Assembly: GCA_050294405.1 (NCBI GenBank)
Contig: JBNKOC010000028.1
Coordinates: forward strand, 256,001 to 320,000
Length of the DNA: 64,000 bases
Reading direction: 5' to 3'
From: Fibrobacteria bacterium
Lineage (GTDB): Bacteria > Fibrobacterota > Fibrobacteria > UBA11236 > JADFYW01
Below, one piece after another: positions 47,283-56,966 of the stretch. The notes under the pieces were generated by a model, which had not been told where the DNA came from, ran no database searches, and was given only the letters and a program-made list of their open reading frames with translations. Each line of letters begins with the position of its first letter. Position 1 is the first letter of the stretch. The position numbers were made by a program, and so were the translations under genes.

Positions 47283-49484
47283 TTAATCCAAAAGGCTTAA
47301 TTTAGCGTATTTCACCATAAGTTTTCGGGCGACACCATCCCAAAATTTAACCACTAACTTGGAGTCTTCTCCAAAACCTTCCATTTTTACAACGATACCC
47401 TCACCGTATTTGGAGTGAAACACTTTTTGCCCCTGACGATAAGGAGAGCTGTTTTCAAAATTGTCGTAATCCGGAAATGGATCGGAATCCACTGCTTCGT
47501 AATGTATTCCTCCCATACGGTTTAAAGGCTTTGCAAATTGGGAAGAGCTTAACAAATGGGTCTCCATTAAATCTTTATTGGCTTCTTGAATAAAGCGAGA
47601 CACAGGGTTAGATACCTCCTGGCCCCACATTCGCCGATGTCGGCAATAGCTCATTTGCAGGTTTTTTTCTGCCCTGGTAACAGCTACATAAAAAAGACGT
47701 CTTTCTTCTTCAATGTTATCTTCGGATTGCCTGGTTAGAGGGAATAAATTTTCTTCCAGGCCGGTGAGATATACATTTGGGAATTCCAAGCCTTTGGCGC
47801 TGTGAACGGTCATAAGGGTTACAAATTGTCCTGCGGATTTTTGAGTGTCGGCATCGGTTAACAAAGAAATTTCCTGTAAGAAAGACTCCAGTGTTCCTTC
47901 TGGATTTCGGATTTCAAATTCTTCTGCGGCAGAAACCAGTTCTTCTATGTTTCCCAATCGGTCCAGGGATTCGTTGCTGCCTTCATTTTCCAAAAATTCG
48001 CGGTATCCCGATTCTTCAATTACAGATGTAACCAAATCAGAAACAGACATTTTATCGACATTATCCACCAGTTGCATTAACAAGTTTAAAAATGGCTCAA
48101 TTTTTTTGCTGACAGAGGATTTTATTTCCAATTCCTTATGCCTTAATAGGGATTCGTGGAGGGAAATTCCTTGTGAAAGAGCGAGGTCCACGAAGTATTC
48201 GATAGTTTTATCGCCAATTCCTCTTTTGGGAACATTAATTATCCTCCCCAGAGAAACGCTGTCTCTGGGATTGTTAATAACATGGAGGTATGCCAAAATA
48301 TCTTTTACTTCTTTTCTGTCGTAAAAGCGAATGCCCCCTACAATAACATAGGGAATTTGATGCATTCGCAGCTGATCTTCAAATACACGGGACTGGGCGT
48401 TGGTGCGATAAAAAATGGCGGTGTCCCGATTGGAGTGAATTTTTTCGTTTTTTATTTGGCTTACCACCCATTTGGCCTCGTCCAGGTCCGTTTCCTGCTC
48501 AAAAAGCCTTACCTTATCTCCAGGAGGATTATTGGTGAATACGTTTTTATCCAGACGTTCGGAGTTGTTTTTTATGACTGAAGAGGCCACCCCTAAGATA
48601 TTGGCCGAGGAGCGGTAATTTTCTTCCAGTTTTATTTTATTAGCATTGGGAAAAGACTTTTGAAAGTTTAATATGTTAGTAATATCGGCCCCTCTCCAGC
48701 CGTAAATACTTTGGTCTTCATCTCCCACTACGGTTAAATTATTGTGTTCCCCCAAAATCATTTTTACCAATTGGAATTGGGCTTTGTTAGTGTCCTGAAA
48801 CTCATCTATAAGGATGTACTGAATATGAGATTTGAAATGCTCTGTGACATCTGGATGTTCTTGAAATAACCTATAGGATTGGCAAATCAGGTCGTCAAAA
48901 TCCATTGCGTTGTTTTGAACCAAGCCTTCCTGATATTTGTAATATAAATAGCCTATTCGTTCTTCTTCCAGGCTTTCGGCATTTTGCCGGACATGCTTGG
49001 GCATTTTATTTTGATTTTTATAATCGCTTATTCTAAAACGCAATACATCAGGGGAGATTCCATTTTCTCCTTCGCCTTCCTGTTTTAAAAGTTTTTTTAT
49101 ATAGCGTTTTTGATCGTCCCTATCATAAATGGTGAATTTTGAATTGTAGCCCAATCTGTCTCCATAAATTCGCAGCACCTGGGCGCAAACAGAGTGAAAA
49201 GTGCCCAGCCAGCGCATGTCTATGGATTCGCCAAGGATTTTTTCCACCCTTTGTTTCATTTCTCCGGCGGCTTTGTTGGTGAAAGTTACCGCCATAATTT
49301 GAGAGGGATATATGTTTTTAGAACAAATAAGGGCTGCAATTTTGTAGGTCAAAACTCTTGTTTTGCCCGAACCTGCTCCTGCCAAAACCAATTGAGGTCC
49401 GTCAAAACCGGTAACTGCATTGTATTGGCTGGAATTGAGTTGTGATTTTAAGCTGGTAACATCAAATTGCATTTCGGTAAACAT
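47283..49484 (-). CDS. uvrD: UvrD/PcrA/Rep family DNA helicase
   Basis: LAGAGSGKT, DEFQDTN, VGDEDQSIYGWRGA, YRTNAQSR, MTVHSAKGLEF, EEERRLFYVAVTRA; C-terminal Tudor-like domain. Confidence 0.95.
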   Translation of the reverse strand: MFTEMQFDVTSLKSQLNSSQYNAVTGFDGPQLVLAGAGSGKTRVLTYKIAALICSKNIYPSQIMAVTFTNKAAGEMKQRVEKILGESIDMRWLGTFHSVCAQVLRIYGDRLGYNSKFTIYDRDDQKRYIKKLLKQEGEGENGISPDVLRFRISDYKNQNKMPKHVRQNAESLEEERIGYLYYKYQEGLVQNNAMDFDDLICQSYRLFQEHPDVTEHFKSHIQYILIDEFQDTNKAQFQLVKMILGEHNNLTVVGDEDQSIYGWRGADITNILNFQKSFPNANKIKLEENYRSSANILGVASSVIKNNSERLDKNVFTNNPPGDKVRLFEQETDLDEAKWVVSQIKNEKIHSNRDTAIFYRTNAQSRVFEDQLRMHQIPYVIVGGIRFYDRKEVKDILAYLHVINNPRDSVSLGRIINVPKRGIGDKTIEYFVDLALSQGISLHESLLRHKELEIKSSVSKKIEPFLNLLMQLVDNVDKMSVSDLVTSVIEESGYREFLENEGSNESLDRLGNIEELVSAAEEFEIRNPEGTLESFLQEISLLTDADTQKSAGQFVTLMTVHSAKGLEFPNVYLTGLEENLFPLTRQSEDNIEEERRLFYVAVTRAEKNLQMSYCRHRRMWGQEVSNPVSRFIQEANKDLMETHLLSSSQFAKPLNRMGGIHYEAVDSDPFPDYDNFENSSPYRQGQKVFHSKYGEGIVVKMEGFGEDSKLVVKFWDGVARKLMVKYAKLSLLD

Positions 49485-49548
49485 CTAAACCATAATCCTT
49501 TAATAAAATTACACCCGAAATAGCGGGTGGGAGCTGCTTAAAAAATAC

Positions 49549-49604
49549 TTTCCTAAAATTTCTAGCGGAAGAATTTCTATGAGTTATTTTTCCTAAAATT
49601 TCTA
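49549..49604. repeat. 16-bp direct repeat TTTCCTAAAATTTCTA (2 copies, 40-bp period) upstream of uvrD
   Basis: Exact copies at 49549-49564 and 49589-49604; partial AATTTCTA at 49572-49579. Confidence 0.75.
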
Positions 49605-49614
49605 AAATGCGACT

Positions 49615-50298
49615 TTAAATCAAATCCCGGTTTTGCAATTGACCGTGCTCTAGCATGAGATTTCGAAAATTTAGAGATTGAACCAGGCCCTGGTTGTGGG
49701 TGGCCATTAATACGGCGGTTCCCGAGGCATTGATATTTCTCAGTATGGATAAAATATCTTCTGCTGTTTTAGAATCGAGATTTCCCGTAGGTTCATCTGC
49801 AATGAGAATGTAGGGATCATTTACAATAGCACGGGCAATGCATACGCGCTGTTGCTCACCGCCGGATAATTCATGGGGATAGCTCAGGGCCTTGTGGGCA
49901 ATTCCACACTCTGCTAAAACTTTGTATACTTTTTCTTTAATAACTTTTATTGGTTCTCCGGCGATTCTAAGAGCAAAAGCCACATTTTCATAGGCATTTC
50001 TATCTCCCAGAAGTTTAAAATCCTGGAAAACAATGCCTAACTTTCTGCGTAACAATTGAATTTTAGAAGCAGGAGTTTCTCCGGAGCGATAGGTTAAATC
50101 CTGGTTAAAGCTGATTAGCACTTCACCGGAATCGGGCCTTTCATCCATGTATATCAGCTTGAGCAGGGTTGTTTTTCCTGCTCCACTGGGACCGGTTAAA
50201 AAGGTAAATTCCCCTTTTTCCAGGCGAAAGTGCACATCATTTAAGGCCTTCCAGCTCTTGTTGTAATATTTGTATACATGATTAAAAGCTATTAGCAT
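49615..50298 (-). CDS. ftsE: Cell division ABC ATPase FtsE
   Basis: GPSGAGKT, LRRKLGIVFQDFKLL, LSGGEQQRV, ADEPTGNLD, MATH. Confidence 0.88.
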   Translation of the reverse strand: MLIAFNHVYKYYNKSWKALNDVHFRLEKGEFTFLTGPSGAGKTTLLKLIYMDERPDSGEVLISFNQDLTYRSGETPASKIQLLRRKLGIVFQDFKLLGDRNAYENVAFALRIAGEPIKVIKEKVYKVLAECGIAHKALSYPHELSGGEQQRVCIARAIVNDPYILIADEPTGNLDSKTAEDILSILRNINASGTAVLMATHNQGLVQSLNFRNLMLEHGQLQNRDLI

Positions 50299-50300
50299 GT

Positions 50301-51044
50301 CTATTTCATTAAAATATAATGAATTCGCTCGGAAGATTTTGAGATTTCTTCAAAGCCATAGTCAGCATAACGGGCCCAACTTTTAAAAGGGCTGTTTTTA
50401 ATTAATTCTTCCATCTGAGAATTAGAATAAATCCGTTGAACATGGGTTTCTTTTTTTCGGGAGTACAAATTGTTTTCTGTTTTGACAAAAAAGTTGAACT
50501 CATTGTATTGGATTTGGTTTTTAGAATCGTACCAGGATTCTCGAATTACAGTGGCTTCGTCATTTTCTTCGACAGATACTTCATCTTCAAAAAATGTAAG
50601 TGAATTGTATTCAGTGGTTGAATCAAAAATAAAGGCTCCGCCCTTTTCTAATAGATTATAAATTTCCGAAAAACACTGGCCTACATGTTCTTCTTCCAAT
50701 AAATAATTAATGGAATCGTACATCATGATGCATAAATCAAAGCTGTTTTTCTTAAAGGGAGAAAATTGGGCGTCACTTTGTACCAATCCCCGGATTTTTT
50801 GACCTTGACCAGCATAGCCCTTTAACATGGAATAAGCCAAATCGCTGCAAACAATATTTGAAAATTTTGAGAAAAGGTCTTGAGAAGAAAAGGAACAGGT
50901 CCCTGATGCCAGCTCTAGCATGTTTTTAGGTTTTAGATTGTGCTTTTCCCAAATGTTCTGCACATGCTGGGACCATTCTTCGTAATCCACATGTTCCATA
51001 ATCCAGTTGTAAAAACCGGATAAATGAGTATAGGCTTTGGACAT
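50301..51044 (-). CDS. Class I SAM-dependent methyltransferase
   Basis: VDYEEW, LELASGT, DSINYL, GGAFIFD. Confidence 0.85.
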   Translation of the reverse strand: MSKAYTHLSGFYNWIMEHVDYEEWSQHVQNIWEKHNLKPKNMLELASGTCSFSSQDLFSKFSNIVCSDLAYSMLKGYAGQGQKIRGLVQSDAQFSPFKKNSFDLCIMMYDSINYLLEEEHVGQCFSEIYNLLEKGGAFIFDSTTEYNSLTFFEDEVSVEENDEATVIRESWYDSKNQIQYNEFNFFVKTENNLYSRKKETHVQRIYSNSQMEELIKNSPFKSWARYADYGFEEISKSSERIHYILMK

Positions 51045-51064
51045 TTGGGGATGAGGAGAGGGTG

Positions 51065-52399
51065 TTACTCTTTTTCTTCCTCAGATTTAAAAATCAATGG
51101 ATCTCCCTTAACATAAAAATTGGAGAGGTTTTCCACATGAACTTCTTGCCTCCATTTTTCCAGGAATATATCCAACCTTTGAGAAAACAAATGGTTTTTG
51201 GCTAACATGCTAATTTGTTCCCAATCGTCTTCCAGAGTAAGTTCTCTTTCGGATAATTTTTTATCCAGCTTGAACAAATGAAACTTTCCATCTATTAAAA
51301 TAGGTTCGGTTATTTGCCCCTCTTCAAGGGTATCTACAATAGCTTTGTACTCGTTGTTTAAAGTGGCTTCTGTAAACCAACCAAGGCTACCACTGTCGGG
51401 TTTGGTATTCTTGTCTTCGGTCAGTTTAAAGGCTATTTGCTTAAACCCACCTTCCTTTAAAATGACTTGCCGCAAGGAATCCAGATATTTGTATGTATCA
51501 ATGGTGTCTTGCTCTGTAGGCTGAACTCTGAATAAAATGTGGGATGTTCTTATTTCAATATCTTTTTGCTCGGTAAGCTTGATAATGTGAAAACCAAAAG
51601 GGGTGCGAACAGGTACTCGAGTGTAGGCTCCTGGCCTTAATCTAAAGGCGTATTTTTCGTAATCAGGGTCTAAGGTCCCCCTTTTCACAAAACCCAGATC
51701 TCCTCCTTCAGCCCGGCTTGGATCATCCGAATGGGATTTAGCCATTTGGGCAAAATCGGCCCCTTTGTCCAGGAGCTTAATAATGGAATCGCACTTTTTG
51801 TAAGCTTTTTGCAATAGCTCTTTGTTGGGGTTCACGCTGTATTCCAAATGAGAGAGTAAAAAATTGTTTTGCAGTTTGGGAAGACTGTCTTTGTATTCCT
51901 TATAAAACTTCTGCACTTGCAAGTGGGTGGGGTCAGATTGCCCCAGGTATTTTTCCTGTAACTTTTGCTTTAAGCGTTGCTGGCGAATTTGTTCGCGAAT
52001 CTGCTTTTTAAATTCCCCTAAAGTCATTCCCCTGGTTTGTTTTAAAATAGCCTCAAACTGGAACTCCCCTCCGTTTTGCTCCATGATTTGTTGGAGGTAA
52101 TTGTTCATAGCCGCGTCCACTTCGGCTACGGTTACCTCAATATTAGTGTCCCTTTCGGCCACAGCCAACATGATTTTTTCATCAATCATTTTTTCCAGCA
52201 AAAATCCATATTGCTGCTCTTCATTCATGTTTTCGAACATAGGCTGGGACTTATAGGCAGCTAACATTTCGTCCAAATCGGATTTTAAAATTATTTCTTT
52301 GTCTACGACAGCCACAATGTTATCAAAGGGCACAGCCATCAAAAGGCTGGAGGTTACACATAGGAAGGCTAATATAAGGCGGTAAAATTTTTTATTCAT
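51065..52399 (-). CDS. surA: SurA-like periplasmic chaperone/peptidylprolyl isomerase
   Basis: IVAVVDKEIILKSDL N-domain and two parvulin domains (SDDPS..EGGDLGF, TPFGFHII); likely start ATG 52399. Confidence 0.85.
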   Translation of the reverse strand: MNKKFYRLILAFLCVTSSLLMAVPFDNIVAVVDKEIILKSDLDEMLAAYKSQPMFENMNEEQQYGFLLEKMIDEKIMLAVAERDTNIEVTVAEVDAAMNNYLQQIMEQNGGEFQFEAILKQTRGMTLGEFKKQIREQIRQQRLKQKLQEKYLGQSDPTHLQVQKFYKEYKDSLPKLQNNFLLSHLEYSVNPNKELLQKAYKKCDSIIKLLDKGADFAQMAKSHSDDPSRAEGGDLGFVKRGTLDPDYEKYAFRLRPGAYTRVPVRTPFGFHIIKLTEQKDIEIRTSHILFRVQPTEQDTIDTYKYLDSLRQVILKEGGFKQIAFKLTEDKNTKPDSGSLGWFTEATLNNEYKAIVDTLEEGQITEPILIDGKFHLFKLDKKLSERELTLEDDWEQISMLAKNHLFSQRLDIFLEKWRQEVHVENLSNFYVKGDPLIFKSEEEKE

Positions 52400-53264
52400 T
52401 AGTGCTGTCCGGAGCATTGGGTAAAAGGTCTAGGTTTGAGGAGAAATATATTTCCTTTTTCAATTCGTCTATTTTTTCCTCTAAGTTGCGTTTGCGCCAA
52501 ATTTGTATGAGATGGTGTTCAATTTCTTCACGTACATCTTCCAAAGCGCGAGTGGTGCCAGGATTTTGTTTGTCTACAACTCTTACCAAATGATAGCCAT
52601 CTTCACATTTAATAGGTGTGGTAGTACCGCCAATGCGTGTGTTGAAAGCACTTTCAGCAATACAACTGTCTAAATCATTTTCTTTTTGGAAACGCAAACC
52701 ATCAAAGTTTTGCAATTTATCGGCGATGCTATACTCTTGTACTAAGTCAATAAAATTTTCCCCGGTCACAAGGCCCCGTACTTCCCAGGCCAGCTTTAAA
52801 CTTTCCACTACTAAGCTTGCTACTTTAATTTCTGTTTCGCTTCTTACAAAATTATCCGCGTGGGTTTGATAATAATGATTTACAGCCGCCTCTTCGGGCT
52901 CGTATTTAATGTCCATGAATTCTTTTTTAAGGTAGGCTTCCACTACAATTTTTTTACTTAATTCCAAAATCTTTTCCTGAACATCCGGATCTTCATCCAT
53001 TTTCTTTTTTAAAGCGTCCTGGTATAGTATTTCTTCATCCATCCAACGCTTAATAAAATCCAGGTATTGCTCTTTTTTAATAAGCTTGGCGTATTCCTGG
53101 GGAAACTGTTCTTTTAATCGGGTTAAGGTTAAAATGCTATTGTTGACCTGAGCCACAACATCTTTAGGCTTTTCAGAACGCTCGCAGCCCTGGCCTAAAA
53201 ACATAAATGCCAGCACGCCACACAGACCCGCAATAAAAGACAATTTAAACTTTCTCAAAACCAC
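52392..53264 (-). CDS. Parvulin-type peptidylprolyl isomerase lipoprotein
   Basis: Lipobox-like GQGC, VVAQVN, WMDEEILYQDA, DGYHLVRV. Confidence 0.75.
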   Translation of the reverse strand: MVLRKFKLSFIAGLCGVLAFMFLGQGCERSEKPKDVVAQVNNSILTLTRLKEQFPQEYAKLIKKEQYLDFIKRWMDEEILYQDALKKKMDEDPDVQEKILELSKKIVVEAYLKKEFMDIKYEPEEAAVNHYYQTHADNFVRSETEIKVASLVVESLKLAWEVRGLVTGENFIDLVQEYSIADKLQNFDGLRFQKENDLDSCIAESAFNTRIGGTTTPIKCEDGYHLVRVVDKQNPGTTRALEDVREEIEHHLIQIWRKRNLEEKIDELKKEIYFSSNLDLLPNAPDSTNE

Positions 53265-53334
53265 CGCCTGTTGGAGAAGTTGATAGTTCCCATAAAAAAA
53301 ATTTTTCTTAATATAATAAGTTCTAGCTTGGAAA

Positions 53335-56300
53335 TTAGCCTACTTCTAGGGATTGCGCCAAGTTTTCCACATCCTGTTTTCTTTTTTCTTCAACGGCCAC
53401 GGCAATCTGGGACAGCTCCTCCACCACAAATTGCAAAGGGCTTTCCAATTTTTTAGGTAAATCTAAAATGATTTGCAAAGGAGTCTGATTAATAAAGCGT
53501 GCCGGTTGTTTAAAAAGCGAGGATAAATGGGCTAAATCTGCCGGGCCTGGCTGGTGGTTAGGCGAGTAAAGCATAAACAGGTTTTGATTTTTAATTTCCA
53601 ACTTTTCAAAGCCGAGAAATTGGGCAAAAAGTTTTAATTTCATGGAATCCAGCAAATGGATGGCTTCCACGGGAATTTCTCCATACCTGTCTTTCAATTC
53701 CTCTTTAATTTCATCCAAACCTTCCCTGGTCTCGCAGCGGCTGATTTTTTGATAAAGGGTAATGCGCTGTAAGCCATCGGTAATGTAAAGTTCTGGCAAA
53801 TAGGCATCCTCTGTAATTTCGATAATAGGTTCTAAAGGGGGGATTTCCCGGCGGTTTTGCAATTCCTGCACCGCTTCCCGCAATAGGCGGCAATAGGTGT
53901 CAAAGCCCACAGCCGTAATATGCCCACTTTGTTCCGTACCCAAAATATTTCCGGCTCCCCGGATTTCTAAATCTCTCATGGCCAATTGGTATCCTGATCC
54001 CAGTTCCGTGAATTTTTGCATGCTGTAAAGACGTTTTTTAGCTTCATCCGTAAATTTAAGCTCTGGCGGGGCGACTAATAAACAAAAGGCCTGGGTGCCG
54101 CTTCTTCCTACCCTGCCTCTCATTTGAAACAATTGAGAAAGGCCAAAATGATGGGCGTGATTGATAATAATGGTGTTCACATTGGGAAGGTCTATTCCCG
54201 ACTCAATAATCGTGGTACTCACTAAAATATCGAACTCTCTATTGATAAAGGCCAGCATGACCCTTTCCAAATCTTTTTCGTTCATTTGGCCGTGAGCCAT
54301 CCCCACTCTGGCGTGAGGCACTAATTCCTGAACTTCATCCCTGCGCTCTTCTAAATCCATTACCCGGTCATGGACAAAGAAACACTGGCCCCCACGGTCG
54401 AGTTCTCTATCAATGGCTTCCCGTAAAAGCTTTTTATCAAATTGCACCACTCTCGTATCAATAGGCAGACGATTTCGGGGAGGAGTTAAAATAACTGAAA
54501 AATTTCGGGCGCCCACTAAACTCATATGCAAAGAACGGGGGATGGGCGTGGCACTAAGGGATAACACATCCACTTCGGTACGGGCTTTTTTTAGTTTTTC
54601 TTTTTGTTTGACTCCAAATTTTTGCTCTTCATCAATAATGATGAGTCCTAAGTCTTTAAACTGAACATCCTGGCTAAAAAGACGGTGAGTGCCCACAATT
54701 AAATCCACTTTGCCTTCCGCAAGCCTCTTTAAAATGTCCTTTTCTTCTTTGGAGGTTTTAAAGCGGTTCATAAATTCAATTTGAATGGGCCAATCAGAAA
54801 ATCTTTCGCAACTGGAGGCATAATGCTGCGATACCAATAAAGTGGTGGGGGCTACCAGAGCCACCTGTTTTTTATCGGAAATAGCTTTAAAAATGGCGCG
54901 CATAGCCACTTCTGTTTTCCCAAATCCCACATCACCGCACACCAGCCTGTCCATGGGTTTGTCCTGTTCCATATCCCCTTTGACTTCGGCAAAAGCCTTG
55001 ATTTGATCGGGGGTGGGACTGTAGGAAAAGGAACCATCAAATTCTTGTTGCAGTTTTTCGTGGTTTGAAAAGGCAAAACCTTTAATGGCAGAGCGTTTGG
55101 CATAGAGTTCGATTAAATCACGAGCCAGTTTAATAATGGACTTTTTAGTCTTTGATTTTTGCTGTTCCCAGGTTTTACCTCCCAGCTTGGAAAGCATCGG
55201 GCTTGCCCCTTCCTTGGAGGAATATTTTTGAATTTTAGGGAGATCGGAAACGGGTATAGTGAGTTTGTCATTGCCTTTGTATTGCAAAAGGATGCAGTCC
55301 ACCGAGTGATTTTCAATTTTTACCCTTTTTATGCCGATGTATTGCCCGATACCGTAATCCTGATGGACAATAACATCACCCCTACTCAAAGCATCAAAGT
55401 TGGGAATGCTGACCCCTCCCCCTTTCCATTTTTTATGGGGGCTGGAACTGCTGAAGCGGTTAAAAATCTGGTGGTCTGTAAACAAGGCCAGCTTTTCATT
55501 TTTATTAATGAACCCACTGGATAAGTGGCCAACCAATACATCTTCAATGGGAAGCTCTGCTGCTATTTTTTTAAGCCGCTCAGCTTGACCTGGCTGAGGG
55601 CTGGTGAGAAATATGCGATAACCTTCCTGGTGGAGCTTATCAATTACCTCTTGGATGCTGTTTAAATTTCCGCCACCGGCTGTTTGTTTTTCAATTTCAA
55701 AATGTTTGTAATGGGCCAGTGGTACATCTAAATTCCCAGTAGCAATAGACGGGAATTTTTCCAGCCTTTCCCAAAAAGCTTTGGCATCGAGCCACAAATC
55801 TTTTGGTGGGCAAACAACCCTTCCCAAATCGCTGGCTTCGTGATAAGCAGTGGTGTAACCATCCCAAAGCTTTAAAATAGAGGCTTCAACCTGGTCCTTG
55901 TTTTGTAAAAAAATCTGAAAATGGTTTCCGGCAAAATCCAGTAGAGTAGCCTGGTTTTCAGAAAAAAAGGCCTTTTGCCAGTAGAGGCCGGTCCTATCTT
56001 GCCGCTGCGTAAGACGAAAAATTTCACTTTCAAAGAACTGGCTGTCTTCAAACTTGTCGGCTATATCTAAAAGGCCGTCTTCCAATTCCTTGGAGGAAAA
56101 GCAACATTCGTCAAAGGGAAAGATCTCGGCACGTTCCAGCTTTTGAACCGTCCGTTGAGAAAAAATATCGAACTCCCGCAACGATTCAATGGTATCGCCC
56201 CAAAGCTCCAAACGAATTGGGTTGTCCACCAGATATGGGAACAAATCAACAATCCCCCCCCGCACGGAAAACTGGCCCATTTCCTCAACCAGGCTTTCTT

Positions 56301-56796
56301 CAGTAAAGCCCATGTGAATAAGGGTTTCGCGCAAAGACTCTAAATCCAGCTCCAGCCCCTGCTCCAGGCTAATGATTTCTCTTTTTATAAAAGAAGGAGA
56401 ATTGAGCTTTTGGATAAAGGCACTCAAGGTGGTCACCACAATAACCGGGTTTTGAATCATGAGCTGGTTGAACACCTGAAGGCGCTGTTCGATTAGCTGG
56501 CCAAAGGGATTTCGCATTTCGTAAGGTTTTAAATCCAGGCCTGGAAAATAAAGCACTGAATCTTCGTCAAACCAGGATTTTAAATCGTCCACCAAAAGCT
56601 CGGCGTCTTTTGGCTTTTCCATTATGACTAAGGTGCTTTGGGTTTTTTGGACTTTTTTTTGGCTGGCCACAAAAGCAGCCAGAGCCGAACCCTCCAGTCC
56701 GCTAATATAAGGTGGGTTGTTATCCGAAGCCTGAATATCCCCGAAGCCTGGAAACAAATCCAGAGCAATTTCGGCTGAAAGCTTAGGGCTGCTCAT
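53335..56796 (-). CDS. mfd: Transcription-repair coupling factor
   Basis: RGGIVD, HQDYGIG (CarD-like), MDRLVCGDVGFGKTE, DEEQKFG, SATPIPR, QMRGRVGR, DLEIRGAGNILG. Confidence 0.98.
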   Translation of the reverse strand: MSSPKLSAEIALDLFPGFGDIQASDNNPPYISGLEGSALAAFVASQKKVQKTQSTLVIMEKPKDAELLVDDLKSWFDEDSVLYFPGLDLKPYEMRNPFGQLIEQRLQVFNQLMIQNPVIVVTTLSAFIQKLNSPSFIKREIISLEQGLELDLESLRETLIHMGFTEESLVEEMGQFSVRGGIVDLFPYLVDNPIRLELWGDTIESLREFDIFSQRTVQKLERAEIFPFDECCFSSKELEDGLLDIADKFEDSQFFESEIFRLTQRQDRTGLYWQKAFFSENQATLLDFAGNHFQIFLQNKDQVEASILKLWDGYTTAYHEASDLGRVVCPPKDLWLDAKAFWERLEKFPSIATGNLDVPLAHYKHFEIEKQTAGGGNLNSIQEVIDKLHQEGYRIFLTSPQPGQAERLKKIAAELPIEDVLVGHLSSGFINKNEKLALFTDHQIFNRFSSSSPHKKWKGGGVSIPNFDALSRGDVIVHQDYGIGQYIGIKRVKIENHSVDCILLQYKGNDKLTIPVSDLPKIQKYSSKEGASPMLSKLGGKTWEQQKSKTKKSIIKLARDLIELYAKRSAIKGFAFSNHEKLQQEFDGSFSYSPTPDQIKAFAEVKGDMEQDKPMDRLVCGDVGFGKTEVAMRAIFKAISDKKQVALVAPTTLLVSQHYASSCERFSDWPIQIEFMNRFKTSKEEKDILKRLAEGKVDLIVGTHRLFSQDVQFKDLGLIIIDEEQKFGVKQKEKLKKARTEVDVLSLSATPIPRSLHMSLVGARNFSVILTPPRNRLPIDTRVVQFDKKLLREAIDRELDRGGQCFFVHDRVMDLEERRDEVQELVPHARVGMAHGQMNEKDLERVMLAFINREFDILVSTTIIESGIDLPNVNTIIINHAHHFGLSQLFQMRGRVGRSGTQAFCLLVAPPELKFTDEAKKRLYSMQKFTELGSGYQLAMRDLEIRGAGNILGTEQSGHITAVGFDTYCRLLREAVQELQNRREIPPLEPIIEITEDAYLPELYITDGLQRITLYQKISRCETREGLDEIKEELKDRYGEIPVEAIHLLDSMKLKLFAQFLGFEKLEIKNQNLFMLYSPNHQPGPADLAHLSSLFKQPARFINQTPLQIILDLPKKLESPLQFVVEELSQIAVAVEEKRKQDVENLAQSLEVG

Positions 56797-56852
56797 TTAA
56801 CAAATCCTTTTGAGGGCAAACAAATCCATTGAGCAAAAGAATAAAAAAGAAT

Positions 56853-56884
56853 AAAAAAAAGGGTTAGGCAAACTTGCCTAACCC
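56853..56884 (-). terminator. Rho-independent terminator of tRNA-Lys
   Basis: 10-bp stem GGGTTAGGCA/TGCCTAACCC with a 4-nt loop, followed by U8 on the minus strand. Confidence 0.85.
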
Positions 56885-56888
56885 CTTT

Positions 56889-56961
56889 TGAGCTAGGATG
56901 GACTCGAACCATCGACCCACGCCTTAAAAGGGCGTTGCTCTACCAACTGAGCTACTAGCCC
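56889..56961 (-). tRNA. tRNA-Lys (anticodon TTT)
   Basis: Reverse complement GGGCTAGTAGCTCAGTTGGTAGAGCAACGCCCTTTTAAGGCGTGGGTCGATGGTTCGAGTCCATCCTAGCTCA; CCA not encoded. Confidence 0.96.
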
Positions 56962-56966
56962 GAAAA

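Noticed and set aside
49549..49604. The direct repeats as a mini-CRISPR array
   Set aside because: Only two 16-bp copies, too short, with no cas genes or leader
56835..56860. AAAAGAATAA tandem duplication upstream of mfd
   Set aside because: Low-complexity A-rich sequence adjoining the terminator tail
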